A stretch of DNA of 61,173 bases from a virus: IMG/VR virus record IMGVR_UViG_3300045988_099805, positions 1 through 61,173 of that record; one strand, written 5' to 3'. The notes under the pieces were generated by a model. It was not told the DNA's origin, searched no databases, and was given only the letters and a program-made list of their open reading frames with translations. Shown here piece after piece: positions 23,934 through 33,783 of this stretch. Within the stretch, counting starts at the first letter, position 1. Every line of letters starts with the position of its first letter. The position numbers and the translations under genes are program-made.

Positions 23934-24401
23934 ATGTATAAGGTTTTAAATATTTCTGGAAAAGATTATAAGATTGAATTTTCTGTAGAAGCTTCGCTGT
24001 ATGGTGAGTGTACAGAGAAAGTAATCAATCTTATGACGGCAGTTAATGAAGATGGCGATAATGCTGATAGCATTAAGGCAAAATTCAAAGGAATTTCTGA
24101 CATTCCTCAAGTTGCTCTTTCTATGTTCTATGCAGGTCTTATGGAGCATCACGGAACGGAAGAGGGAGACGGCGAGGTGCCGGATAAGAAAACGGCTAAA
24201 ATCCTTTTGAAAAGTTATATCAAGGAAAACAACGGAAATTTCTGGTCTGTTATGGAAATGTTGTTAGATCAGATGGGTGAAGATGGTTTTTTCAAACTGA
24301 TCGGTCTGGAAGAGATGATGTCTCCGATGACCGAGGAGAAAGAGCCAAAGAAACCACAGGATCACAAGAAGAAGCAGCCAAAAGTTTCCGAGAGCGAGTA
24401 A
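23934..24401 (+). CDS. tail assembly chaperone (gpG-like)
   Basis: Position upstream of the TMP, with an acidic C-terminus. Confidence 0.6.
   Translation: MYKVLNISGKDYKIEFSVEASLYGECTEKVINLMTAVNEDGDNADSIKAKFKGISDIPQVALSMFYAGLMEHHGTEEGDGEVPDKKTAKILLKSYIKENNGNFWSVMEMLLDQMGEDGFFKLIGLEEMMSPMTEEKEPKKPQDHKKKQPKVSESE
24287..24293 (+). promoter_or_regulatory. candidate -1 programmed frameshift site T TTT TTC
   Basis: The heptamer is in the correct X XXY YYZ phase of 23934..24401. The -1 frame is open from 24281 through 24778. Confidence 0.5.
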
Positions 24402-24409
24402 TTGAAGAT

Positions 24410-24778
24410 TTGTTGCCGGCAGCATTGAAAATCGGATTGACAGAGTATGATTTTTTTCATATGACTCCGGCGGCGATAAATCGAAGAATTACAGCATATA
24501 ACGACAAATTAAAAAGTGAAAACGATGATAAAGAGTTTTTAGCTTGGCTTATTGGTTTTTACACGCAATTTTCAATCGGAAGTGCATTTAATGGTGACAA
24601 GATAAAATATCCGGAGAAGCCTTTTTATTCAAACGTTGAAGCAGATAAAGATTCTGACAAAACCAAAAATAATGAAGAAGAAGCGGAAATGAGAAGGCTG
24701 GATGCACTTACAAGACGTGCAAATCATAAGCTTGAAATTCAGAGTAAAAAACTAATGGAAAGTAACGGCGAGGTGTAA
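24410..24778 (+). CDS. tail assembly chaperone frameshift extension (gpT-like part)
   Basis: Lies in the -1 frame relative to 23934..24401. The track start is a TTG without an RBS, so it is probably expressed only as a G-T fusion. Confidence 0.5.
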   Translation: MLPAALKIGLTEYDFFHMTPAAINRRITAYNDKLKSENDDKEFLAWLIGFYTQFSIGSAFNGDKIKYPEKPFYSNVEADKDSDKTKNNEEEAEMRRLDALTRRANHKLEIQSKKLMESNGEV

Positions 24779-24798
24779 AAGCCCCGCCGTCTTTTTTT
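24765..24798 (+). terminator. intrinsic terminator between the chaperone genes and the amidase gene
   Basis: acggcg...cgccgt stem followed by CTTTTTTT. Confidence 0.55.
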
Positions 24799-24817
24799 GA
24801 ATGGAGGAATAATAAAG

Positions 24818-25387
24818 ATGGCAAAGATTACAGCGGTAACAGTACACGGTGGTCATAATCCGCAAGGAAAGATTGCCTGCGGTGCCAGTGATTACATTGA
24901 CGAAAGTAAGGAAGACAGAGTCATTACAAAAAAGGTAGTAAAGCTTCTGAAAAAGAACGGAATTAAGGCTTACAACTGTACAGTGAATAACGGAACAAGT
25001 CAAAATGACGTTCTTCGTAAGATCTGTGCAAAGTGCAATTCAAAGAAAAGAGACGTTGATATTTCTATTCACTTCAACGCAGCTAATCATCAAAAAATGA
25101 GAGATAAGAAAAATGTTGGTACAGAGGTTTGGGTAAGAAATACAGACGGCGTTCGTGGCGATTTGGCTAAAAGAATTTGTAATAAGATTTCCAAAATTGG
25201 ATTTACAAATCGTGGAGTTAAGGCTACGCAGAATCTTTGGTTCCTTAACCAGACAAACAGACCGGCATTGTTGATTGAAGTTTGTTTTGTGACTGATCCG
25301 GACGATTTCGACCTTTACAAAAAGTCAAAGGATAAGATTGCACAGGCAATCGTAGATTCTGTTTTGGCATACAACAAGGCACAGTAA
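24818..25387 (+). CDS. N-acetylmuramoyl-L-alanine amidase (Amidase_3) endolysin
   Basis: VTVHGGHN...GA...E...ISIHFNA...GTEVWV...LLIEVCFVTDPDD. ATG 24818 follows GGAGGA. Confidence 0.8.
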   Translation: MAKITAVTVHGGHNPQGKIACGASDYIDESKEDRVITKKVVKLLKKNGIKAYNCTVNNGTSQNDVLRKICAKCNSKKRDVDISIHFNAANHQKMRDKKNVGTEVWVRNTDGVRGDLAKRICNKISKIGFTNRGVKATQNLWFLNQTNRPALLIEVCFVTDPDDFDLYKKSKDKIAQAIVDSVLAYNKAQ

Positions 25388-25405
25388 TGAAAGTGGGGTG
25401 CGGTA

Positions 25406-28400
25406 ATGGCTACAGAGGAAAGCTTAGAGTTAGAAATTGAAGCGAGTGCGAAAAAGGCAAATGCCGCACTTGATAGCCTTATAAAAAAGCTTGGTGCGGT
25501 TTCTTCCGCGATCGGAGGAGTTAATACATCTGCACTTGGCAATTTTGCTAAAAATATCAATGGTATTGCTAAAAACGGCGGTCTGAAAGACACCAAAGCC
25601 GCTATCGATGGGATTGATAAGTCTGTAAAAAATCTCGGAAAGAGAAAGACAAAAGTCAGTGTAGACACAAAAACCGGCATGGCTGCCATTAGCGCATTAC
25701 AAGAAAAGTTTTCCGAAATCGGAAAGGACACTAAATTTGAGGGTTCTACCGTACAATTACAGAAAGAGTATGACAAGCTTTCTGCGAAGCTGGATAATTT
25801 ATCAGAAAAAGAGAAAAAGGCACTGGCTACCGGTAGTGCATCTACTGGTAAAAGCTCCTTTGTGAATATGCAGTACGATATTGCTGAAACCATTAACAAA
25901 ATGGATGCTCTTTCAAAGAAAATGAAAGAAATGGCGACCTCGCAAAAGCAGATTCAGATTAACCGCAGTGATAATGGCAGTCTGAAAGATACCAAAGCCG
26001 CACAGCCAAAGACTTCCTATATTCCGAAATCAGCGGTTGGATATTCTGATTCTTTGATGCAGACCATTGAAGAAACTAAAAAAGCGGAAAAGAGTACAAA
26101 TGAGTACGGCGACGCTCTTAATAATGCAAAGCAACGTCTCAAGGAATTATCAAGTCAAGGATATTCTGCCGGAGATAAAGAGTGGAACGATGCCTATTTA
26201 GCTGTTGAAAAGCTTGATAAAAAGGTAAGAGACTATAAGGAAGAGTTAAAATCCGGTCTTAATCCTAATTTGGATGGCATTTCGAGATATACCGCTATGG
26301 TGCAGGATGCTAAATCGTATTTGGCTAGTGTTGAGCAAAGCGGTCTCGGAATGGGTACATCTGAATGGGATACTGCATATATGGCTTTGGCAAAAGTTAC
26401 GGACGAAGCAAAGAGGTATAAGGCGGCGCTTAATCAGAAAGCAAAAGGAATCACTACCGACATTACAGAAACAGACAGTTTAGATGCAAAAGTAAGCAAA
26501 TTAAGGGCGAACCTTAAAAAGATGCAATCTGCAGGTATCGGCTTCGGAAACGAGGGCTTTGATAAATCATATCAAGAGCTTGTAAAAGCGGAATCAGAGC
26601 TTAAGACTTATAAAAAAACACTGAATGATACTGGAAAAGATGCCGGTTCTTTCCAAAAACGTATGATTGCGGCTTTTTCTAATATCGGGAAAAACATAAA
26701 AGCTTCCAGTGCTTCTATCGGCTCTTTCTTTTCCAGAATAAAAAACGGATTTTCTTCTCAAAGAAAATTAAGCAGTGGATTCGGCGGCATTGCATCCAAG
26801 CTTACAAAACTTGTTATCGGGGTAAATGCGGCAAAGGGAGCTTTCAACGGTCTAAAGTCTGCAATGGACTATTCCTCTAATTTGACAGAGGTTCAGAATG
26901 TCGTTGATGTTGGATTCGGAAAGTATAAAAGCAAGATTGAAGATTTGGCAAAAACGTCTATTCAAGACTACGGTATGTCTGAATTGACAGCAAAGCAGAT
27001 CGCCGGACGTTTCCAAGCGATGGGAACAGCAGTCGGATTTTCACAAAAGAAAATGTCCGGAATGTCTGTAGAGTTGACAAAGCTGTCTGCGGATATGGCA
27101 TCTTTTTACAATGAAGACCAAGAAAAGGTAGCCAAGTCTATGCAGTCCGTGTTTACCGGGACAACACAGCCGCTAAGAAAATACGGAATCGACCTTACGC
27201 AAGCAACTCTTCAAGAGTGGGCGCATAAGCAGGGCATAGATGCCAATATTAAATCTATGTCACAAGCGGAAAAGACAATGCTCCGCTATCAGTATGTGAT
27301 TTCACAAACCGGTGCCGCACAGGGGGATTTTGCTAGGACATCTAATACCTGGGCGAACCAAACCCGTATGTTGCAGCAGAATTTTCAACAGTTAGGCTCT
27401 ACGATTGGTCAAATTGCGATTAACGCTTTTAAGCCATTTGTAAAGGCTATGAACAGCACTTTGATTCAGCTGGATAAGTTTGCAAAGTCAGCCAGAGACG
27501 CACTTGGAAAGATTTTCGGATGGGAATACGAAGAGGGCGGCGGCGTTACCCAAAATTACAAGGATGATATGGAAGATGCCGCTGACGGAGCAAACGATAC
27601 AGCTGATGCCACCAAAAAGGCTACAAAAGCACAGAAAGAGTTTAATAAGCAGTTGCAGGGTTTTGACCGTCTGAATAACCTTACATCCTCAAAAGACAAG
27701 GATAATGACGGTGCCGGAAAGGGTAGTGGCACTAGCGTTGGTGAACTATCCAACATTGGCTCTGGAAGTGGAGGAAAATGGAAGCAGAAAGACAGTATTT
27801 TCAAGAAATTTGAAAGTGATATTGATACACTTGAAAAGCTTGGTAAGAAGATTTCTACAACATTGTCAAAGGCTATGGAGGATATTGACTGGAAATCCAT
27901 TTATCAAAAAGCGGCAGGATTTGGAACGGGGCTGGCATCGTTTCTTAACGGACTTTTTGCAGGAGGCGAGGGAGCAAGACTTTTTTCTGATTTAGGAAGC
28001 ACTATTGCAAATTCTCTGAATACAGTCCTTACTGGCTTAAACAGCTTTGCGACAACTTTTAGTTGGGATGAATTTGGAAGAAACTTGGGAATTGGCATCA
28101 ACGGATTTTTTACGACTTGGGATGCCGGTCTTACTGCTGATGCATTTAATAATATGGCAAATGGCGTTCTTACAGCAATGACATCAGCATTAAATCGCAT
28201 TCACTGGGATTTGATTGCTAAACGCATAGGAGAGCTGATAAAGGGGATTGATACTAAAGGAATCGGGGAAAATTTCGGAAAACTTGTCAATTCTATGGTG
28301 AATGCTCTTTATACTTTGGTATCTAATAAGGAGACTTGGAAAGATTTAGGCACAAAGATAGGCGATGGAATAAACGGATTTTTTAAAGGGTTCGGAAAAA

Positions 28401-29746
28401 GCGGATGGAAAAAGCTCGGAAAAACGATAAGCAATACTTTCAGTGGATTTGTGACCACGATAACAACGGCTCTTAATACTGTTGATTGGGATTATGTCGG
28501 TCAATGCATCGGTGATTTTCTTTCCGGAATAGATTTCGGAAAGGTTGCTATCGACTTGGCGAAACTTGCACTTGCTATAGGAAAAGCTATTGCAAAAGCG
28601 ATTAAAGGGTCTATGGAAACGGCTCCTATTGAAACATCAATTATTGGCGTTCTTGCAATACTTAAATTCACTGGACTTGGAAAAGAAATTTTTAAAACGC
28701 TTGCAACAAAAGTGATGACCAAAATAGCGGAAGCTATAGGCGTAGAAAGCGTAGGCGTTGGAACGATTGCAAAAGCGGCGGCAAAAGGAATAGGAAAAGC
28801 AATATTAAAAGTGCCATCAGTAATTGGTAGCTTTATTTCAAGCGGCGCAGCGGCTACAGCAGCAAGCATTTTTGCAAGTGTAGCAGCAGCTGTTGGTGCA
28901 GCGTTTTTAGGATGGAATCTAGGAAAATTAATCGGAGACGCTATTATGTCCGATGAGCAGAAAAAATATGCCTACAAGTTTAAATTCAAAGATTTATTTA
29001 CATACGATCCGGAAGAGTGGAAACAAGGTCTTGCAGACTGGTGGGTTGACGTTGAAGATTACTGGGGCAATAAAACACTGAAAGTAAAAACAAAGTTTGA
29101 AGCAACAAAAGAAAAAGTTGCAGGATGGTGGAGTAACGTAAAAGACTGGTGGGGAGATAAGGCTGTATCGGTCAAGTCGAAACTTTCGACAAAAGCCAGC
29201 GAAATATCTAAATGGTGGAAAAATGTTAAGGATTGGTGGGGAGATAAGGCTTTAAAAATTAAAAGCATATTCTCTATGGACACTTTAAAAAGTGGAATTA
29301 ACGCGCTGATACGATGGATCAACAGCAAAATCATTGATAACCTCAATAAGATTTCATTGAAATTGCCAAAGGCTTTAGGCGGTGGAACTCTTGGGTTTAA
29401 CATCAATCACATTGCTACGTTTGAAACCGGTGGTACTCCAAAAATGGGTGAGCTTTTTTATGCGAGAGAAAACGGCAAACCGGAGCTTGTCGGTAGGCAA
29501 GGCAATAGAACAAAAGTAATCAACAATGACCAGATTATTGCATCGACATCTAAGGGCGTTGCGGATGCTGTTTACAATGTAATGACTCCGGTGCTTACAA
29601 GTCTGGTTGTTGCCATCAACAAAATGAACAGCGGAAACGGACAGGCTCTTTATGTCGAGGGCGTATCTGACGGTGACATTGTCAGAATTACGACCGATGC
29701 AAACGAAAGATTTAAGAAATCAAACGGCAGACCGCTTTATGCATAG
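25406..29746 (+). CDS. tail tape measure protein
   Basis: 1446 aa, coiled-coil N-terminal half, TMP core region (...RYQYVISQTGAAQGDFARTSNTWANQ...) and Gly/Ala-rich TM-like segments. Confidence 0.85.
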   Translation: MATEESLELEIEASAKKANAALDSLIKKLGAVSSAIGGVNTSALGNFAKNINGIAKNGGLKDTKAAIDGIDKSVKNLGKRKTKVSVDTKTGMAAISALQEKFSEIGKDTKFEGSTVQLQKEYDKLSAKLDNLSEKEKKALATGSASTGKSSFVNMQYDIAETINKMDALSKKMKEMATSQKQIQINRSDNGSLKDTKAAQPKTSYIPKSAVGYSDSLMQTIEETKKAEKSTNEYGDALNNAKQRLKELSSQGYSAGDKEWNDAYLAVEKLDKKVRDYKEELKSGLNPNLDGISRYTAMVQDAKSYLASVEQSGLGMGTSEWDTAYMALAKVTDEAKRYKAALNQKAKGITTDITETDSLDAKVSKLRANLKKMQSAGIGFGNEGFDKSYQELVKAESELKTYKKTLNDTGKDAGSFQKRMIAAFSNIGKNIKASSASIGSFFSRIKNGFSSQRKLSSGFGGIASKLTKLVIGVNAAKGAFNGLKSAMDYSSNLTEVQNVVDVGFGKYKSKIEDLAKTSIQDYGMSELTAKQIAGRFQAMGTAVGFSQKKMSGMSVELTKLSADMASFYNEDQEKVAKSMQSVFTGTTQPLRKYGIDLTQATLQEWAHKQGIDANIKSMSQAEKTMLRYQYVISQTGAAQGDFARTSNTWANQTRMLQQNFQQLGSTIGQIAINAFKPFVKAMNSTLIQLDKFAKSARDALGKIFGWEYEEGGGVTQNYKDDMEDAADGANDTADATKKATKAQKEFNKQLQGFDRLNNLTSSKDKDNDGAGKGSGTSVGELSNIGSGSGGKWKQKDSIFKKFESDIDTLEKLGKKISTTLSKAMEDIDWKSIYQKAAGFGTGLASFLNGLFAGGEGARLFSDLGSTIANSLNTVLTGLNSFATTFSWDEFGRNLGIGINGFFTTWDAGLTADAFNNMANGVLTAMTSALNRIHWDLIAKRIGELIKGIDTKGIGENFGKLVNSMVNALYTLVSNKETWKDLGTKIGDGINGFFKGFGKSGWKKLGKTISNTFSGFVTTITTALNTVDWDYVGQCIGDFLSGIDFGKVAIDLAKLALAIGKAIAKAIKGSMETAPIETSIIGVLAILKFTGLGKEIFKTLATKVMTKIAEAIGVESVGVGTIAKAAAKGIGKAILKVPSVIGSFISSGAAATAASIFASVAAAVGAAFLGWNLGKLIGDAIMSDEQKKYAYKFKFKDLFTYDPEEWKQGLADWWVDVEDYWGNKTLKVKTKFEATKEKVAGWWSNVKDWWGDKAVSVKSKLSTKASEISKWWKNVKDWWGDKALKIKSIFSMDTLKSGINALIRWINSKIIDNLNKISLKLPKALGGGTLGFNINHIATFETGGTPKMGELFYARENGKPELVGRQGNRTKVINNDQIIASTSKGVADAVYNVMTPVLTSLVVAINKMNSGNGQALYVEGVSDGDIVRITTDANERFKKSNGRPLYA

Positions 29747-29806
29747 ACAATCTGTTGTTTGTAGTGTATAATAGGGTAAATTTTAAAAACAGGAAGGAGA
29801 AATACT

Positions 29807-30859
29807 ATGATTATTAAATGTAAGGAGTGCGGCGGGGATGTATCAGATAAAGCGGCAACGTGTCCTCATTGTGGATATTCTATGAAAAGTAATCAGAAAA
29901 CAGATGATGGGCTGAAAATTAATCCGAAAAGTGATTGGAAGCCATCGCCAACAAAACAAAATGTTGCACCGAAAATCAAAAAAGAGAAAAAGAAGCATGG
30001 TTGTCTTTGGAGCATCGTTTTAGTTATTTGTGTACTTGGATTTTTTTGTTGGATAACAGACGATAACGATAATGACGATGCAGGGAAAAACTATAATCAA
30101 GAGACAGTTTCCGATAATCAGCAAACAAAGAACGAAGAAAAGAAGAAAACAGAATATGATTTGAAAAAAATATACAGCGGTCACAAGTGCAATATAGCAA
30201 TAACAAGTGGCGATGATGAAGGATTTTCTTTTGAAATAGAAAACAACAGCAAAAAAGACTTTTCTTTTGACATTCATTCTATGGCTATCAATGGAGTAAT
30301 GACTAACTGTAATATATACAGTTTTTCTACAAGTGTTCCAAGCGGTAAAAAAGGGACAATGGATGTTGACTTTGAAGATGGATGGCTGTCTAAAGGTGAT
30401 AAAGTACAGTATGTAGATTTGGTAATATGGGCGTACGATGATGCGAAAAATTACAGAGATTTTTACACTAAAAAGATAAGAATCAAAACGAATAATTTCA
30501 AAGGAGAAAATAAATTCTCTGGCGGTAAAGGATCCAAAAAGAAATCCGGATTTGTAATTTTGAAAGAAAAATTAGATTCTGATAAATTTGTTTTCTCGGT
30601 TATAAATAATAATAACTATTATGCGAATTTGGATTTTACAAACGCTTCCGTTGATGGATGGGCTTTGGAAACAGACTATTTATTCGACACACAAGATGTA
30701 TGCGTATATCCTAAATCAGTAACAACTATAACAGCAGATATTTCGGATCTGACATCCAAGAAAGGCATTGAAAATCCGAAAAGCGTAGAGTTTTCTTTGA
30801 AATACAGAAAAAATGGAGATTATTTCAAGGAAAAAACAATAAAAAAATTAAAGTTTTAG
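29807..30859 (+). CDS. zinc-ribbon / single-pass membrane protein (moron)
   Basis: CKECG...CPHCG, then a TM segment LWSIVLVICVLGFFCWI and a 260-aa beta-rich ectodomain. It has its own RBS and terminator. Confidence 0.6.
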   Translation: MIIKCKECGGDVSDKAATCPHCGYSMKSNQKTDDGLKINPKSDWKPSPTKQNVAPKIKKEKKKHGCLWSIVLVICVLGFFCWITDDNDNDDAGKNYNQETVSDNQQTKNEEKKKTEYDLKKIYSGHKCNIAITSGDDEGFSFEIENNSKKDFSFDIHSMAINGVMTNCNIYSFSTSVPSGKKGTMDVDFEDGWLSKGDKVQYVDLVIWAYDDAKNYRDFYTKKIRIKTNNFKGENKFSGGKGSKKKSGFVILKEKLDSDKFVFSVINNNNYYANLDFTNASVDGWALETDYLFDTQDVCVYPKSVTTITADISDLTSKKGIENPKSVEFSLKYRKNGDYFKEKTIKKLKF

Positions 30860-30884
30860 AATTTGATTTCAAAAAAGCATTAAA

Positions 30885-30915
30885 AGAGTGGATAACAATA
30901 TCCGCTCTTTTTTAT
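30885..30915 (+). terminator. intrinsic terminator
   Basis: 10-bp stem agagtggata/tatccgctct (one G-U pair) followed by TTTTTT. Confidence 0.75.
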
Positions 30916-30967
30916 TTCCGGCTATGTCTATTCAGAGCCGCTAACCTTTAATAATTGGAGGTAGAAA

Positions 30968-31420
30968 ATGGCAGGATTTGAGAAAGCAAAAGGTCTTGTT
31001 TCGATAGCAACCGGTTATTCCGGCAGTGATTATCAGTACACAAAAATTGATAAGTACATTGCCGCCGACAATCTTAATATCACTCCCGGCAGAGCGCAGG
31101 ACTTAGACAGCTATGTTAATGCAAACGGTCGCCTTAAAAGAAATGTGCTACAACACATGCGTGACGGAATTGCATTTTCGACCATTTACATGAAAAACAC
31201 CACTATGCGTTCTTTTATGAATATACTTACCACCGGTATGAAACAAAAAGATTGTGCCGGATTGCCAGAAAAGAAAATAAGGATACGGTATTTCAACGAA
31301 TGGACTAACGATTATGACCACGGATTTTTTTATGTTCCGGACGTTCAATTTCAGTACGGAGGTACTTATGAGGGCGTTCCAACATATATGCCTATTTCGT
31401 GGGAGTTTATTGAGTATTAA
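30968..31420 (+). CDS. distal tail protein-like (150 aa)
   Basis: Position after the TMP. GGAGG RBS. Confidence 0.4.
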   Translation: MAGFEKAKGLVSIATGYSGSDYQYTKIDKYIAADNLNITPGRAQDLDSYVNANGRLKRNVLQHMRDGIAFSTIYMKNTTMRSFMNILTTGMKQKDCAGLPEKKIRIRYFNEWTNDYDHGFFYVPDVQFQYGGTYEGVPTYMPISWEFIEY

Positions 31421-31431
31421 GGAGGTGCCGT

Positions 31432-33771
31432 ATGCTTAATCTGACAGACGAACAAAAAGCTATGTTTTATTCTTCTGGATATTACAAGGGATACAGGATG
31501 GTTTTTGATGATATCAACTTGACGATTGATAACGAAATCATCCATCAAGAAAGTGTCACAATCACTCAATCTATCTGTAGCGATGAAGAGTTGTCTTTGG
31601 GCGGTTGCATCGCTTCTAGTATTGAATTTGAAGTATCAGAAGTAATGGACAAGGACGTAACCGGCTTGGAATTTAAGTGCTATATGGATGTGGAAGATTC
31701 AGAAGGGGAAACTGTTTTAACAATCCCTATGGGTGTATATCGTGTCGATAGCGCAAAGTGTGTAGATGATAAGGACTATAAGAAAATAATCGCATATGAC
31801 GCGCTCTACGATGCGTCAGAAGATGTGTCGGAGTTTTATAACAACATTTTTGCGGAAAATGAAACGATTTCATATGCCGAGTTTCGATTGAAGATTTTAA
31901 ATCATTTGGGGATTGATTTCGTGGGACGGAATTATATAAATGACGATGAAACAGCAAAAAAGACATTGTCTCCACAAGGGAATTTGACTGGAGTAATGAT
32001 TTTGAAGAGCATTTGCGAAGCAAACGGAGCATTTGGTTACATTGATAGAAACGGTAAGTTTGCGGAAGCAATCGCAAGGGAAGCGGCAGGGTTATTCCCG
32101 GAAGAAGATTTATACCCGGCAGAGGATTTATACCCGGAAAGCGGAGCGAACGTTCAATATGTCGGCGCAGAAACAGACAAAGCGCAGTATATCAATACAA
32201 AATTTGAAGAATATGAAACGATGCCTATCACATGCGTGACGATTAAGTCGTCCGCCGATGACATCGGTGTTGCTTCTAGTGATGACGAAAGTAACCCGTA
32301 TATCATTTCTTCAAATTTTTTATTTTACGGAAAAACTAAAGAAGAGCTTAAAAGTATCGGAAAAGGAATACAAAGCGTGTTAAGTGGCTTTGTTTATCGA
32401 CCGAACGAAACTACGCTTGAGGGGTTGCCTTATATGGATGTTGGCGATTGGTATTCTCTTGTAAAAAATAGAGATGGAGTTGTCTCGCCTATTCTTTCAA
32501 GAACGCTTACGGGCGTTCAGGGATTAAGAGATACGTTTTATTCAAAGGGAAATAAGGTTAGAGCTAATGAGCAGACTACGAGGGATGAGCTTATTCAAAA
32601 CATGGGTAAAAGCCTTGAAATCCAAAAATCAATAGACAGCCTGTCTGTCGATGTGATTGATCTAGGAAAAAAAGAGCAGAGCCATTTTGAGCAAACTTCT
32701 AGCGCGATTGTCCTTAAGGTTGATAAAAATGGTCGGATGGTCGAAGTCGGGCTTGGCGTAAATGCTGATGACGGAAAAAATTATTTTACCGTCACTTCTG
32801 ACAACATAAGCTTGACAGCGGAAGAATTACTTGAGCTTGTAGGCGGTCAACTTCACCTTGAAAGCACGAAAAGTGCAGAAAGTTTAATAAAATTATCCAA
32901 TTACAACGTAAGCGCAAAAATAAACGGAGAAGATTTAGCCATAAAATTCTTTGGCGAAGGAAGACCTAAAGATATTTCTGTCCCCGGTGGAACGGTAGAA
33001 TTAGATTCTACTCCGCAAATAGGAGACTATTACTTCAATCTGTCTGCATCCGAAGTTTTTCAGTTTAAGCTTGGGAACGGGGCACATTGGGTTGACGTTA
33101 CGGATGACTTAGATTCTGTTCCTGATGTCGAGTGGACTGACACGGAAATGAACACAGAAAACGGTTTTTCTACGACAAAGTATAAGACAGTTTACCTTGA
33201 TGATAATTCAGGAACCGGAAGTAAAAGCGCATATCAAAACGGAGACGAAACAAAGGTGTCTTATGATGGCATAAGTTTGAAAAAGACTGTTTATACAACC
33301 AAAATGGGTACGCCGACACAGCAAGAAATAGAATCGAAAATTCACGTTGAAGAAAATGGGTATGATGCATCGCTAAACCCAATGTCTATAGTAAAAATTG
33401 ATTCTGCCGTTTCTGCTGATGGTGATTTATCCGTAAATGGCTCGGTTAATGTAGATGGAGACGGGGTTTTTCAAGGAGATATGGCTTGCGGTGGTACGAT
33501 GTCTGGAAATTCATTGGTAATCAACGGAAACCAACTCATATGCGGAAGCATAGTAAAAGAACTAAGCTCTAATAGCATGGTTTTAATTATTTCAGCACCC
33601 GGAGTGGATCAAACAATGCCTGCATCTATGTGCAATGGAGATTTGGAATCGGCAGATTTTGAAATAGGAACCGTTGCCATAGCACCTACGAACCAAACGA
33701 TAAGCGCAGTTGTTAGCAGTAAAACATTGGCAACAATTAGAGTTAATTACTCATATTGGAAAAAACTTTAA
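31432..33771 (+). CDS. tail-associated (Tal-like) minor structural protein
   Basis: 779 aa. Assigned by position and an N-terminal region typical of phage minor structural / tail endopeptidase proteins. Confidence 0.55.
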   Translation: MLNLTDEQKAMFYSSGYYKGYRMVFDDINLTIDNEIIHQESVTITQSICSDEELSLGGCIASSIEFEVSEVMDKDVTGLEFKCYMDVEDSEGETVLTIPMGVYRVDSAKCVDDKDYKKIIAYDALYDASEDVSEFYNNIFAENETISYAEFRLKILNHLGIDFVGRNYINDDETAKKTLSPQGNLTGVMILKSICEANGAFGYIDRNGKFAEAIAREAAGLFPEEDLYPAEDLYPESGANVQYVGAETDKAQYINTKFEEYETMPITCVTIKSSADDIGVASSDDESNPYIISSNFLFYGKTKEELKSIGKGIQSVLSGFVYRPNETTLEGLPYMDVGDWYSLVKNRDGVVSPILSRTLTGVQGLRDTFYSKGNKVRANEQTTRDELIQNMGKSLEIQKSIDSLSVDVIDLGKKEQSHFEQTSSAIVLKVDKNGRMVEVGLGVNADDGKNYFTVTSDNISLTAEELLELVGGQLHLESTKSAESLIKLSNYNVSAKINGEDLAIKFFGEGRPKDISVPGGTVELDSTPQIGDYYFNLSASEVFQFKLGNGAHWVDVTDDLDSVPDVEWTDTEMNTENGFSTTKYKTVYLDDNSGTGSKSAYQNGDETKVSYDGISLKKTVYTTKMGTPTQQEIESKIHVEENGYDASLNPMSIVKIDSAVSADGDLSVNGSVNVDGDGVFQGDMACGGTMSGNSLVINGNQLICGSIVKELSSNSMVLIISAPGVDQTMPASMCNGDLESADFEIGTVAIAPTNQTISAVVSSKTLATIRVNYSYWKKL

Positions 33772-33783
33772 AGGAGGTAAATA

